In this document: positions 1 to 12,894 of the stretch, piece by piece
How the letters are laid out: every line of letters starts with the position of its first letter
Position numbering within the stretch: position 1 is the stretch's first letter
NCBI GenBank assembly: GCA_002269645.1
Contig: NIVC01001327.1
Span: forward strand, 59,494-90,525
Source: Macrostomum lignano
Lineage: Eukaryota
Direction of reading: 5' to 3'
Length of the DNA stretch: 31,032 nucleotides
The notes under the pieces: generated by a model
Told to the model about the DNA's origin: nothing
Database searches by the model: none
Seen by the model: the letters and a program-made list of their open reading frames with translations, nothing else
Made by a program: the position numbers and the translations under genes

Positions 1-83
1 CCCCTTTCTGATCCCCTTCCTTCATCCCTTGTTGCGGCTGTCTAATTCCCTTATACCAATGTCCCCTACCTTACTGCTTCCAG

Positions 84-448
84 GTGGTATTCGATCCTAT
101 CCAACGTCGCCAATGCCGATTGAACACTCCACCATCGGCTGCAGAATCCGAGGCGGAAGCGCCATCAAATTTGGACTTTGCCGGCAGCATTCTGTCAGAC
201 AACGCTTTGGCCCTGCAGCTGGCTCACGGCAATGTCGACTTTCGCACTATGGAACCCGTGGCCGACTTCGATCCTGCTGATATTGGCACTCCAAATAATA
301 ACAAAAATATTCCTACTACTAATAGTAGCAAAAACAGTTCGTCGATTATTTGGGCTGGCGACGGGTCGAAACTTGATCGGCGAATAGCTAGCGAGGCGAG
401 CATAGTTGGAGCTGGCAACTCGCCGTACTTTAGCAGCATGTCTGGCTG
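84..448 (+). CDS. Internal exon of unidentified gene (5' part outside window), low-complexity Ser/Ala/Asn-rich
   Basis: Pyrimidine tract and cag acceptor ending at 83; open frame VVFDPIQRRQCRL...; TG|gtgagt donor at 449 (phase 2), which joins the next exon in frame. Confidence 0.7.
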
Positions 449-637
449 GTGAGTCTGGGTGATGATGACCTCTGATAATACCATCCAAGTAACTTACCAT
501 TTAAACCTAAAATCGCCCCTGAATAATTCAAATCATGACATGAGAATCTGTCATGAATAAATGGCTCTAAATCATGTCATAACGATTATTAGCTAGTCTT
601 ATAATTTTCTCAATTGAACGCAAACTGCCCCCCCCAG

Positions 638-906
638 CAGTGGCAGCGGCTCCGCCATCTCTGCATCGTTGTGGCGAACCGACTCAACTAACAGCATCGG
701 CATTGGCGCCACTTCATCTAGCGCGGCTGGCGTTGGCAGTACTGAACGACTCTGTCGACTCTATTCTAGTCTGTCCTCGGACAGTCTGCTGGCCGCCGAG
801 GTGGCCACCGTGGCCGAAACTGACGAGAAAGAAAACTCGGAGACTTCAGCCAGGCTGGATGACGAGATTCCGGCTAATCAAGCGTGGCCTGCCGATGTTG
901 TTGAGA
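638..906 (+). CDS. Penultimate exon of the same unidentified gene
   Basis: Acceptor cccccag ending at 637 gives TG+C in frame with ORF 669 (WRTDSTNSIGIG...); donor A|gtaagc at 907 (phase 1) just before the 21-bp repeat array. Confidence 0.7.
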
Positions 907-920
907 GTAAGCTGAACAGA

Positions 921-1705
921 CCACCCCACTCCCTTGTTCGCCCACCCCACTCCCTTGTGCACCCACCCCACTCCCTTGTGCACCCACCCCACTCCCTTGT
1001 GCACCCACCCCACTCCCTTGTGCAGCCACCCCACTCCCTTGTACACCCACCCCACTCCCTTGTGCACCCACCCCACTCCCTTGTGCACCCACCCCACTCC
1101 CTTGTGCAGCCACCCCACTCCCTTGTACACCCACCCCACTCTCTTGTGCAGCCACCCCACTCCCTTGTGCACCCACCCCACTCCATTGTGCAGCCACCCT
1201 ACTCCCTTGTACACCCGCCCACTCTCTTGTGCAGCCACCCCACTCCCTTGTGCAGCCACCCCACTCCCTTGTGCAGCCACCCCACTCCCTTGTACACCCA
1301 CCCCACTCTCTTGTGCAGCCACCCCACTCCCTTGTGCACCCACCCCACTCCATTGTGCAGCCACCCTACTCCGTTGTACACCCGCCCCACTCTCTTGTGC
1401 AGCCACCCCACTCCCTTGTGCAGCCACCCCACTCCCTTGTGCACCCACCCCACTCCCTTGTGCAGCCACCCCACTCCCTTGTACACCCACCCCACTCTCT
1501 TGTGCAGCCACCCCACTCCCTTGTGCACCCACCCCACTCCCTTGTGCACCCACCCCACTCCCTTGTGCACCCACCCCACTCCATTGTGCACCCATCCCGC
1601 TCCTTTGTGCACCCACCCCACTCCCATGTACAGCCACCCCACTCCCTTGTGCGCCCACCCCACTGTTGTGTAGCCACCCACTCCCTTGTGCAGCCACCCC
1701 ACTCC
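921..1705. repeat. 21-bp minisatellite (CACCCACCCCACTCCCTTGTG)n filling intron 907-1741
   Basis: Direct tandem repeat; 7-aa periodicity in all frames of the ORF track. Confidence 0.95.
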
Positions 1706-1741
1706 ACTTTGAAACCATACCCCACTCTTCAAACCCTGCAG

Positions 1742-2229
1742 TCGCCGATCTAACTCCGTCGGACGCCCCGGCAACCAGCGGCAGTCAGCAGCAGCTTCGA
1801 CAGCCAGAATTTCGTCTATTCGGCGAGCCGGCAGCCCGCAGCCAGCCTCTGCTGCCAGTTCGACCGCTGGCGGCCGCCTCTGAGCAGCCAAAGCGGCGTC
1901 AATCTGTACTCAGTCGCTACTTTCGATCGGCATCCTCTAAGTCGCCTTCCGATTCGTCTCCAGGCCTACGCCGTCAACTATTTTCCCCGGCTAGTTCGCA
2001 ACAGTCGCCCTCGCCATCGCCCTCGCCTAGAGAGAGCGATGCGCTCGAACCGGCAAGGAAGAAGTCTCGATCGGTGTCCAGTAACAATGCTCCATTCAAG
2101 TCGCCGACATTGTCGAATTCAAAGCCAGCTGCTTTTGGTGCTGATCGATCCTCGCTATTGGACAGGTTCAGCGCTAGTCGGCCTGCTCAGATTGGCGGCT
2201 CGGGCGATACTGCAGTTGACGATGATTGA
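1742..2229 (+). CDS. Terminal exon of the unidentified gene; Ser/Pro/Arg-rich, likely disordered tail
   Basis: Acceptor ccctgcag ending at 1741, phase 1 matches the 907 donor; frame ADLTPSDAPATSG...GDTAVDDD ends at TGA 2227-2229. Confidence 0.7.
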
Positions 2230-2314
2230 CAAGCATTCTTTGTGTTTGTTCTAACGGTACAGTTTTCTACCGTGCTTTATATGCTGCGAGCTTTATCTGA
2301 CTCCACTATCTACA

Positions 2315-2730
2315 AGACACCCACCTCACCCCATTGGACACCCACCTCGCTCCATTGGACACCCACCTCACCCCATTGGACACCCAACTCACTCCATTGG
2401 ACACCCACCTCACCCCATTGGACACCCACCTCACTCCATTGGACACCCACCTCACTCCATTGGACACCCACCTCACTTCTTTGGATGCCCCAACTCACTC
2501 CATTGGACATCCATCTCACTCCATTAGATACCCACCCCACTCGATTGGATACCCACCCCACTCGATTGGATACCCACCTCACTCCATTGGATACCCACCT
2601 CACTCCATTGGCCACCCACCTCAATCCATTGGACACCCACCTCACTCCATTGCACACCCACCTCACTTCACTGCACACCCACCTCACTCCATTGGACACC
2701 CACCTCACTCCATTGCATACCCACCTCAGC
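2315..2730. repeat. 21-bp minisatellite (CACCCACCTCACTCCATTGGA)n, related to the 921-1705 array
   Basis: Direct tandem repeat; consensus differs from the first array at 4 of 21 positions. Confidence 0.93.
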
Positions 2731-3502
2731 CCACCTCGCTCATTATCATAGGTAGTATATTTTGAGTGTCTTTCTAGCATTGAGTCCAGTTTATCTAAAA
2801 TCCAATTTTATTTTATAACTCTAGTTTGCTTTGTTTACAAGCATTTTTGTATACAATAATTCTGCTTTAAACAGTTGACCTAATTAGTATATTATAATTT
2901 AATTTAATAACCGATTTTTCTATGCAATTTATAAACAGTTAGCTTGCATTTGTTTAGGCAATCTATCACTGTTAACTGAGTTAATTCTTTACTGCTGATA
3001 AAGTTCCATTTTAATAACAGTTATAATGCAATTCTGCCCTGCATTTTCGGATACCATATTTTAAAAGTTTTTTTTTCTGTTTGTAACTTGTCCTGTTGTC
3101 AATTTAGCAATAAATATCACTAATAAGTGATTCAAAAGTCTTTGATAAACATTTAAAAAAACAGCATTTTTGATTGGTTGGTTCTTTCAAAAATGATTTG
3201 AAAACATTTGCCAGAGACAACTTGCTGATCGAATATCATTGGGTAAAGCAACTTGCCCTTTTAAGCTGCAGATTGTTTAGTCACTCAAACTCATGCGTAC
3301 ATCGGTACATGTTTAAAGTTTTTGTTAGTTTGACTTAGCATGTAGAATCATTTTGCTGTTTTAAGGCGTATCGAAGTTAGACAAGATCGAATGCTGCTCG
3401 TAAATGTTTATAATTTCAGAGATTCAATTTTTGTTAACGTAGCTAATAGGCCTTTTTTATAACAAATTTTACGTTAAATTCTACAAGGACAACAGTAAAG
3501 GC

Positions 3503-3536
3503 ACAGACAGACAGAGAGATAGACAGACAGAGAGGC

Positions 3537-3572
<36 letters not shown>

Positions 3573-3608
3573 GGACAGACAGACAGACAGATAGACGGAC
3601 AGACAGAT

Positions 3609-3644
<36 letters not shown>

Positions 3645-3680
3645 GGACAGACAGACAGACAGATAGACGGACAGACAGAT

Positions 3681-3712
<32 letters not shown>

Positions 3713-3776
3713 GGACAGACATACAGACAGACAGACAGACGGACAGACAGACAGACAGATAGACGGACAGACAGAT

Positions 3777-3808
<32 letters not shown>

Positions 3809-3828
3809 GGACAGACAGATAGACAGAT

Positions 3829-3884
<56 letters not shown>

Positions 3885-4058
3885 GGACAGACAGACAGAC
3901 AGATAGACGGACAGACAGATAGACAGACAAACAGACAGACAGACAGACACATAGACAGACAAACAGACAGACAGACACACAGACAGACAGATAGATAGAC
4001 AGACAGACAGACACACAGACAGACAGATAGACAGACAAACAGACAGACAGACAGACAC

Positions 4059-4089
<31 letters not shown>

Positions 4090-4182
4090 CACAGACAGAC
4101 AAACAGACAGACACACGGAAAGACAGATAGACGGACAGGACAGACAGACAGACAGATAGACGGACAGGACAGATAGACAGGC

Positions 4183-4233
<51 letters not shown>

Positions 4234-4308
4234 TAGACGGACAGACAGATAGACAGACAAACAGACAGACAGACAGACACACAGACAGACAAACAGACAG
4301 ACAGACAC

Positions 4309-4341
<33 letters not shown>

Positions 4342-4524
4342 TAGACAGACAGACAGACAGACACACAGACAGACAAACAGACAGACAGGCAGACACACAG
4401 ACAGACAAACAGACAGACAGGCAGACACACAGACAGACAAACAGACAGACACACGGAAAGACAGATAGACGGACAGGACAGACAGACAGACAGACAGATA
4501 GACGGACAGGACAGATAGACAGGC

Positions 4525-4559
<35 letters not shown>

Positions 4560-4612
4560 GCCTGACTGAGTGAGTGACAAAACAAACAGTCAGACAGGCA
4601 CATAGACAGAGA
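3503..4612. repeat. (GACA)n microsatellite with variant units and internal higher-order duplications
   Basis: Seen directly; a variant block (acacggaaagacagatagacggacagg) recurs near 4113 and 4451. Confidence 0.97.
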
Positions 4613-5620
4613 AACATTAGACAAAACGACAGTATAAATGAATGAGATGAGTTTCAGTTACGGACATTTTTCAAGTCAGCATATACTGGCAATAAATACT
4701 TGACCTTTGTTTCTATTTGAAATGAATAATTAAAATAAAGTGAAGCCAAAACCCCCTTAAAATCAAATTAAAATTAAAAAAGCATTAACCAAAAAGATAA
4801 AGACAATTTGATATATTATCTGATGGAAGCAGCCAAACAATTGAAGTTTAACACACAGGATGCATCATGTAGTTTATAAAAACACAACAGCATGAAAAAG
4901 TACGAGTATATGTAGCTTTTTACATGCTAAATGAGAATTTGGCTAAGCATAGTTTAGACTCGGCTATCTGCTGCATCTAGACATACACAGAAAGATATTT
5001 AGACAGAAATATAGACAGTAAATCAAGAATTTGACACGAGGATTGACATTTGACAATTTACGCCATTTTCTGTCGCTTTACCTCACTCGTAACCTTCTGC
5101 GTTATGCACCAAATAAAGTGGCTGAAGCACGCATATTTAACTTCTCTCTGTGTTGCATTCTTAATTTTTCTGTCAGATTCTCATTTAGCGTTTCAAAAGC
5201 TATATACATGTATATATACACCAAGGACTACTCAAGTAGAAAGACGGGAAAATTACGGTTCTTAGAAAATGTTTATGAGGCTGGTTTTCGCCGAAAAATA
5301 CACTACGGAGATAGGAAGCTTTCATTTTTTCAGCACAAAAATTTTTATTGCTTTTGATAGGAGGCAGATCCAGTGCTAATCTTTTAATATGTGTTGTGCC
5401 TTAATTCTTATAGCTCTATTGAGATAAAGCTTTTCGTTTAAACATTTTCTAAGAAACGCATTGGTTTCCCGTCCTTGGTGTATATTGAAATACAACCACG
5501 AATTACCTTGGAAAAAAGTGAGAGATCATGTCAATATTCTCTATATGGTAATGGCATGACTAGGAAAAGGATAATTTTCATTTTCTTAAGTAATTTCAAC
5601 ACAATACAAGAGTCAATCAA

Positions 5621-6073
5621 TCAGCAAGTGGAGTGGAACACGCCAGCCACTTTCTGTCCAGCATTGACCAGCTCATTGTACTTTGCTGCTGCAGCCTCTG
5701 TCTGCAGTACGTAGACTTTTGCGCCTCGATCTCTGACGTACTGCTTGGTGGCCTCGGGTACTTGCAGCACCAGATCCATGCCGCGGGAGATGACTACAGC
5801 ATCCAGGCCGGCAGGAGATTTGTCGAATAATTCTTGAAGATCGGCGGCCTGCACCCCCGGCCTGTGATGCGTGCCAGTCTCGCGCCAGTCCCACGATCGA
5901 CTGCCAGCTGGCCACAGCTTGGCGTCGCGATAGGAGCTGTCCATGTTGGACACTCTGATGCGGCCCCAGCTAATTTTGGATATCAGCGGAGCTGCACTGG
6001 CTGCAGTGTTGCTGTTGAGAGACAATAGGCTTGGCAGAAAAATCGATAATAGTAGTATCTTTGTGCTTATCAT
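5621..6073 (-). CDS. AAMDC: Mth938 domain-containing protein (AAMDC family)
   Basis: ISKISWGRIRV...YRDAKLWPAGSRSWDWRETGTHHRPGVQAADLQE...VISRGM...LQTEAAAAKYNELV...GVFHSTC* matches the AAMDC family as I recall it (SLSWG, WDWRETGT, PGVQPAD, GVFHSTC). First ATG at 6073; the true start is uncertain. Confidence 0.92.
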   Translation of the reverse strand: MISTKILLLSIFLPSLLSLNSNTAASAAPLISKISWGRIRVSNMDSSYRDAKLWPAGSRSWDWRETGTHHRPGVQAADLQELFDKSPAGLDAVVISRGMDLVLQVPEATKQYVRDRGAKVYVLQTEAAAAKYNELVNAGQKVAGVFHSTC

Positions 6074-8420
6074 CACTGGTTGCAAATTGATTGTAAGGCC
6101 TGAAATTGTTCAGGCAGGCAAAATTAACTTTATAAAAAAGTTCCTGATAGGTTTGCATGCATGCAAGTTTTAAGCTATAATATAAATTTGCTACATAAAA
6201 AGTAATAGAAATTCTCACTGTCCCCTTAATTTGCTAAGTTGGATTTTTCAAGTATTTTTGTTGAAAAATTAATTTATATAGGCATTACTAACTTGTTAAT
6301 TAATTTGCTCCCAAAAAACTCAAATTGTATAAGTTCAAAATAAATGTGATATGCATAATGAAATTAAATGGGAGCTACCTCACAAGCAAGTACTTTACAA
6401 TTTTAATGTAAGCAGGCCAAATATATAACTATAGCTAGCTACTAGATGGGACTAGAATAAACCAATGATAAATTAATGAAATCCAATACACTTAATTCTT
6501 CGACATTTTTAGTGACTTATCCACTCCAGCCCACTTAACTTGGATCAATTCAAAGTAAATGCACTTAAACATTGCTTGTGTTGCTTTCATAAAAAGCTTC
6601 ATTTTCGTTTAATATACTGAAAATGGCTACAATGTTACTGATATAATAAAGCCACAGAAAGAAACCATTATTTACGAATTCGAGTATGTTACTTTTGACG
6701 TTCCTTTTGTTTAATTTCAGTTCCAGGCTAGTTTTTCGAAGTTGAAACAGCCCAATGTTTCGCAGAAAGTTTGTATTTTCGCAGGTTCGGGTAAACTTCT
6801 GATAAAAACACCAAGTAAAATCTTTCAAAAAACGAAAATAAAAAATTAAAATTTAGATTTAAAGCTTTTAAGTACAGTATTTGGTAGTTTCTATTGCGAA
6901 CTTTGGTTTTGATTCATTGCGTTTGATTATCTTAGAATAGTTCCCGGAAAATGCTGTGGTGTCCTGATTTGAATTGTTACAATTTTGATTATTTTTTGGT
7001 TCGTTCATCGTCACAACCTTTAGCCTGCCTCTTTATATAGCCTACTACTACTTGCATGTAGTAATGACTCAGTTAATAATATCGATCAATAAATTTTAAC
7101 CTAAACTGTTTATTATTTCTGTAATACTATTTTTACACCAATCATACTGATACAATTCACTGAGATAGATCAATATTATTGAAAATCATAATAAAATTTA
7201 TGATTCTAGTGTAATTTTTAATATAGTTTGTATCTTATTTCAGCTTAAAATTATTGAAGGGAATCCTTAGTCACGCATTGTTCTTACTTGAGTTGCTTGC
7301 AATGCAGCAATTTCCGTAAATATAATGACAGTTGGCTGTAGCTGTATTAAGACAAGTTAGTTAAGTACAATGTCATTTGCCGAAAACTCAAATAAGATGC
7401 TAAGCATGCTGTTACTTGTTATGCCATTTAGAAGAATTCTAATTTAATTGGTGGTGATGGTGAAAAAATCCTAAAAATTAATATAATTTATATTGACTAG
7501 GCCTAATGGCTATCTTGCAATATTGTTCATTAAATTCACTGTAGGTAGGCCTATGCACATTTTTTAACTATTGACATGAAACTTTCCAAAAATTATGCTA
7601 ACATTTTAGAAGTGTTGTGGCATTAAAATTTTTTTGTCAGGGGTTGCAACTTAACTTTTATTGCACTTTCCATGGTTTCCTAGGTTTTTCCAAATTTTAA
7701 CAACTATTAAGAATTATGCAATTGTTGGACTTGGAAGGCTAGTGGAAGACCTTCTGCCCCAACATGGAGATGGATTGTGCCACCTCAAGAGGTCGCCCAG
7801 CCCTTGAACTAACCAATATGGGCATTCTAACCAAATGTTAGCATAATAAAAATATTCATTTTTGGAAAGTTTCATGTCAATAGCTAAAAATGTACATATA
7901 CTAATACAGTGGATTTAACAAACAATTCTGCAGGATAGCCTTGAACTAATTATGATTTTTATATAAAATATTATTAACTTTGTAATGTAATGTGATTGGC
8001 CTATATTAATTAAATATTTTCCGGGGCAATCAAATGTTTTAATTTTAGTTAGACTCTTTATTCTAGCAACTTGCCTTAGGCTTTGTTAGGCCTATTTTAA
8101 TTTCAAAATGATAGTGATAGACTAAAAAAGTTAAATAAAATCAGATATAGTTTTCATATACTAGCAATCTAATATCCCCCTTTAGCTGTCCAATAAGCAA
8201 AGAGCAAAAATTATCTATACAAATCCAAAAAGAAAGAAAGCACATTTTTTAAAGAACCAATTCCTTCTTTAGTTCTATAGATAATCTTATTTATGTAAAA
8301 TTGTCATAGACAAATGTGTTTGCTATGAATATCTTTTTTCAAAATTAACAAAGGTATACAATAAAATAACGCCTCCATATAGATAGTAGGCGTTTCCCAG
8401 ATGGTAAGCACCCCCCCCCC

Positions 8421-8670
8421 TTAGATAGCAAACATCCCCCAGATAGCAAGCATCCCCCAGATAGAAAAAATCCCCCATATGGCAAACATCCCCTAGATAA
8501 CAAGCATCTCTTGATAGCAAGCATTCCCTGAAAGCAAGCAACCCCATATAGCAAGCGTACCCTAATAGTAAGCAACCTTAGACAACAAGTATCTCCTAGA
8601 TAGTAATCAATCCCTAAATAGCAAATATCCCCAGATAGCAAGGATCCCTCAGATAGCAGGCATCCCCCAA
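8421..8670. repeat. Degenerate ~18-bp minisatellite (AGATAGCAAGCATCCCCC)n
   Basis: Tandem units visible; 6-aa periodicity (GDACYL) in the ORF track. Confidence 0.8.
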
Positions 8671-9169
8671 TAGCAAGCAAGGTAGATAGACTAAAAAGGT
8701 TAAATAAAATTCGATATAGTTTCTATATATTTTTTTATTTTAATAACTAAAAGTCCTTATATTAGTTTTGTATTTAATATTTGTATACTTTCTATTTTTA
8801 AATATTTTTGCCTTATAACATAATGTGATAAGTACAAGCTAAATTCTATATTAAGATTTATTTAAATATTAAAATTATTTTTATATTAAGGAATATTTTT
8901 TTATAAAAAACAGTTATATATAGTATATTGTGTTGTTAATATTAGTCAAATTAAATAAAGAATACTATGCTTTGAAAAGTAAAATCTAAGGAATTTTTTA
9001 TTTAACAGTTTATAATATACCTATATCTTTAAATTTATTTTTAAGCCACTACATGTGTAAAAAAATTATCTTATTTTTAATTTCATGGGCAATTATTAAC
9101 ATTTTTAATAAAGAAACATGTTCATTTAGTAATAATTCTAGTGGATCCTACCAAAGTGGCTAAGAAGAA

Positions 9170-9280
9170 ATGAACTTTTCACAGTCTCAGCAAAGTGTGG
9201 CATCAGATCCAGTCTTCCAAGCCAAGGTGAGGCTTAGCACTGATGCCTTAAACAAAGAAGACTTCAAAAAAGCAGTTCAG
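9170..9280 (+). CDS. TTC28: TTC28-like TPR protein, exon 1
   Basis: ATG preceded by in-frame TAA; FQAKVRLSTDALNKEDFKKAVQ resembles the first TPR of TTC28; CAG|gtaagt donor at 9281, phase 0. Confidence 0.85.
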
Positions 9281-9441
9281 GTAAGTTCTTTTTTAGATAT
9301 GACATTTCCGTTGCTTCATTGTAATAAACCTCTTTATTACGCCTCTTTATTACAGACATTTTCAAATAGCACTTCCTTACCCTTACCGTAATGCACCTTA
9401 AACACTTAAATAATCAAAATTCACTACTTCTATTCCTGCAG

Positions 9442-9585
9442 TACATCGACGAAGCCCTGGAGATGGAGCCAAACAATCACGTGCTGCTTAGCAACCGCTG
9501 CGCGGCCAGACTCAAACTGGGGGAGTTCGGACTGGCCCTGCAGGATGCCAGGAAGTGCCGGACTCTGGCGCCTGACTGGCCCAAG
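9442..9585 (+). CDS. TTC28: TTC28-like exon 2
   Basis: ttcctgcag acceptor; YIDEALEMEPNNHVLLSNRCAARLKLGEFGLALQDARKCRTLAPDWPK; AAG|gtaagc donor; 144 nt, phase 0/0. Confidence 0.92.
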
Positions 9586-9589
9586 GTAA

Positions 9590-9900
9590 GCCTGCCTGTC
9601 TGTCTGCCTGTCTGTCTTTCTGACTCTGTCTGTCTGTCTGCCTGTCTGTCTTTCTGACTCTGTCTGTCTGTCTGTCTGCCTGTCTGTCTTTCTGACTCTG
9701 TCTGTCTGTCTGCCTGTCTGTCTTTCTGACTCTGTCTGTCTGTCTGTCTGCCTGTCTGTCTTTCTGACTCTGTATGTCTGTCTGTCTGTCTGTCTGTCTG
9801 CCTGTCTGTCTGTCTGTCTGTCTGTCTGTCTGCCTGCCTGTCTGCCTGTCTGTCTTTCTGACTCTGTCTGTCTGTCTGTCTGTCTGTCTTTCTTTCTGAC

Positions 9901-9943
<43 letters not shown>

Positions 9944-10116
9944 GCCTGTCTGTCTTTCTGACTCTATCTGTCTGCCTGTCTGTCTGTCTGTCTGCCTGTC
10001 TGTCTGCCTGTCTGTCTTTCTGACTCTATCTGTCTGCCTGTCTGTCTGTCTGTCTGCCTGTCTGTCTGCCTGTCTGTCTTTCTGATTCTATCTGTCTGCC
10101 TGTCTGTCTTTCTGAC

Positions 10117-10151
<35 letters not shown>

Positions 10152-10199
10152 GTCTGTCTGTCTGTCTTTCTGACTATGTATGTCTGTCTGTCTGCCTGC

Positions 10200-10230
<31 letters not shown>

Positions 10231-10325
10231 CCTGGATGTGTCTGTGTATCCACCTGTCTTTCTACCTGTCTGTGTGTCTGTCTGTGTCTGTCTGTCTGCC
10301 TTAACGCCTGTCTGTCTGTCTGTCT
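9590..10325. repeat. (TCTG)n microsatellite at the start of TTC28 intron 2
   Basis: Seen directly; same motif as 3503-4612 in opposite orientation. Confidence 0.97.
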
Positions 10326-11024
10326 ATTGACTATAAAATCATTCTGTCTCTCCACGGACCTACTTGGAGCCGTACCCAGTTCTTACACTATTATTAGGCT
10401 AGCTGAAAATTCACACATTTTTAATGTTGCTCTTTGCGCAGTCTCTGTGAAGTTTTACTAGTATAGTTTTTTATTCTTTATGGCTTTACGTCGGCAGTCT
10501 TGCATAGTTTTATTTTACGCAATTCAAGCTTTGAATTTACTCGCCTCAGATGGCATATTTGTCATAATGCTCGGGTCGCTTATTTGAATGTGCTCATTTT
10601 TCGTACGCTTCATCATTCTAAGCTGTTCAAGTTGAAGCTCAATTTTATTGTTACCTCCAAACAGTGCCTGCTCTCTTCGAGAGGTCTCCCCTAATTGGTC
10701 TCTTGCTTCTTGAGCTTTCCACAAAAACTCGTAGTCTACGGCTAGAATCTAGAAGTGGATCTTCGATGTGGACAGGAAAAAAATGGAATACGGTTTTTGT
10801 TTGCCATTGTCTCTGTTCTGTCTGCCCGTTGAGTACCTCTATTTGGTTAATAGAGTTTATGTATTAAGTAATGGTTTAGCTCTGTTTTGCTTTCGGCTTT
10901 GCTTTGAGTAAAGTATTAAGGCTTACTCTTTGAGAGCCTTGTATGGGCATATACACTGTATATCGTAAAGTAAGAATTTTAAAAACTGTACTCGTAGAAT
11001 TGCCCTAAACTGTCTATAAACTAT

Positions 11025-11920
11025 CCAGAGAATCGCCCATAGAATATCTGGAGAACCGCCCAGAATATCCGGAGAATCGCCCATAGAATATCTGGAGAAT
11101 CGCCCAGAATATCCGGAGAATCACCCATAGAATATCTGGAGAATCGCCCAGAATATCCGGAGAATCACCCATAGAATATCTGGAGAATCGCCCAGAATAT
11201 CCGGAGAATCACCCATAGAATATCTGGAGAACCGCCCAGAATATCCGGAGAATCACCCATAGAATATCTGGAGAACCGCCCAGAATATCCGGAGAATCAC
11301 CCATAGACTATCTGGAGAATCGCCCATAAACTATTCGGAGAGTTGCCTATATCGTATCCGGAGAATCGCCTATAGAGTCTCTGGGGATTCGCCCATAGAC
11401 TATCCAAAGAATCACCCATAGACTATCCAAAGAATCACTCATCAGACTATCTATAGAATCGCCCATAGAGCATCTGAAGAATTGCGCATAGAGTATCTGT
11501 AGATCGCCCATAGACTATTTGGAGAATCGCCCACAGACTCTCTGGAGAATCGTCCATAGACTCCAATGAATCGCCCATAGAATATCCGGAGAATCGCCCA
11601 TAGAATATCCGGAGAATCGCCCATAGATAGACTATCCAGAGAATCGCCCATAGATAGACTCTCTGGAGAATCGCCCATAGACTCTCTGGAGAATCGTCCA
11701 TAGACTCCAATGAATCGCCCATAGAATATCCGGAGAATCGGCCATAGATAGACTATCCAGAGAATCGCCCATAGATAGACTCTCTGGAGAATCGCCCATA
11801 GACTCTCTGGAGAATCGTCCATAGACTCCAATGAATCGCCCATAGAATATCCGGAGAATCGGCCATAGATAGACTATCCGGAGAATTGCCCATAGACTCT
11901 CTGGAGAATCGCCTATAGAC
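11025..11920. repeat. Minisatellite built on GGAGAATCGCCCA; alternating 21/23-bp monomers (44-bp dimer), then longer variants
   Basis: GGAGAA starts at 11050, 11071, 11094, 11115. Confidence 0.93.
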
Positions 11921-11922
11921 TG

Positions 11923-12027
11923 TCTGGAGAATCTCGATAAAATATACCCAAGTCTCTGGAGAATCTCGATAAAATATACCCAAGTCTCTGGAGAATCTCG
12001 ATAAAATATACCCAAGTCTCTGGAGAA
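11923..12027. repeat. 32-bp unit x3 (TCTGGAGAATCTCGATAAAATATACCCAAGTC)
   Basis: Three direct copies adjoining the previous array and sharing TCTGGAGAATC with it. Confidence 0.9.
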
Positions 12028-12894
12028 TATGTACTCGTAATAAAATATCGTTAAAGTTCTGTTTGGAATCAACCCAGAAAGTTCTAAGTCGAAATAAAGG
12101 CAGCAAAGCATTTAGCTAGTCGAATATTATGAACTAGAATAATAGCAACTCGTATTTTTCTAAGGCTTCTGTCCTGAAAAGCGGCAATATTTCATTTAAG
12201 CTTTGATTATTATTGACAGGTAAAAAACGTTTTGTTAAGTGCTTTTCTAAGTTAAAAATTGACTAATTAAAGCCGCTTATTTCTGTCCAAAAGCACTCCC
12301 AATCCAAGGTTAGATCTTTTTCCACCCATACATAATTTTAGAACTTAGCAAAGCACTTGACGGAGTCTGTCAGATCTGGCTATCAGTCATTTTCTTTCCT
12401 ATTAATTGCGCAGCGCTCTCTTTTTTCTAAAAATCCTTAATAGACTACTGGTACTGCTCCTGCAGTAGTGTAGTTAAGATTTTTTCGTGCAAAATTTGTC
12501 TATAAAACATATAAAACACGTATGTGCGGATTACCTTAATTTCTATCCAGCAAAGCAATTTGCTTATGCGATTTTGAAAAAAAATTGACTCTCACTTTCC
12601 CATGGCTGGGTATTAGCCATGCATGTCTTTTTTAGGTCAACGTTTACACTGTCTTAAAAGACTGCAAACCTCTCTAGTTCTCTACTATCTCTCGGCAGTG
12701 TTTGCATTGTTGTAGTTTGGCACCGTTAGTTCTTATGCTAGCTGAATAGCTGTGAACTGGTGACTCTTGAGAGCTGCCTTTTTTGCGCAGTTCAACCACT
12801 TTACATGTTAAATTAGCATTGTGTTGTATTTCCCTCTGTGTTCTAATGCCACTGCTGTGTATCTTGGGCTCATTATATTGGATTCTAGTGGATT

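Noticed and set aside
846-1891. Long ORFs with PPHSLV/GVGWVH/CTREWG repeats
   Set aside because: All frames are open because the 21-bp unit lacks stops; the array lies between a phase-matched donor and acceptor.
3443-4624. Three ~380-aa CLSV-repeat ORFs
   Set aside because: Translation of the (GACA)n microsatellite.
5031-5714. Short ORFs downstream of AAMDC
   Set aside because: AT-rich, TTG starts, no motifs or splice support.
7490-8100. Recurrent TAGGCCTA palindrome in the intergenic region
   Set aside because: Few copies of a short motif; cannot be distinguished from background without genome counts.
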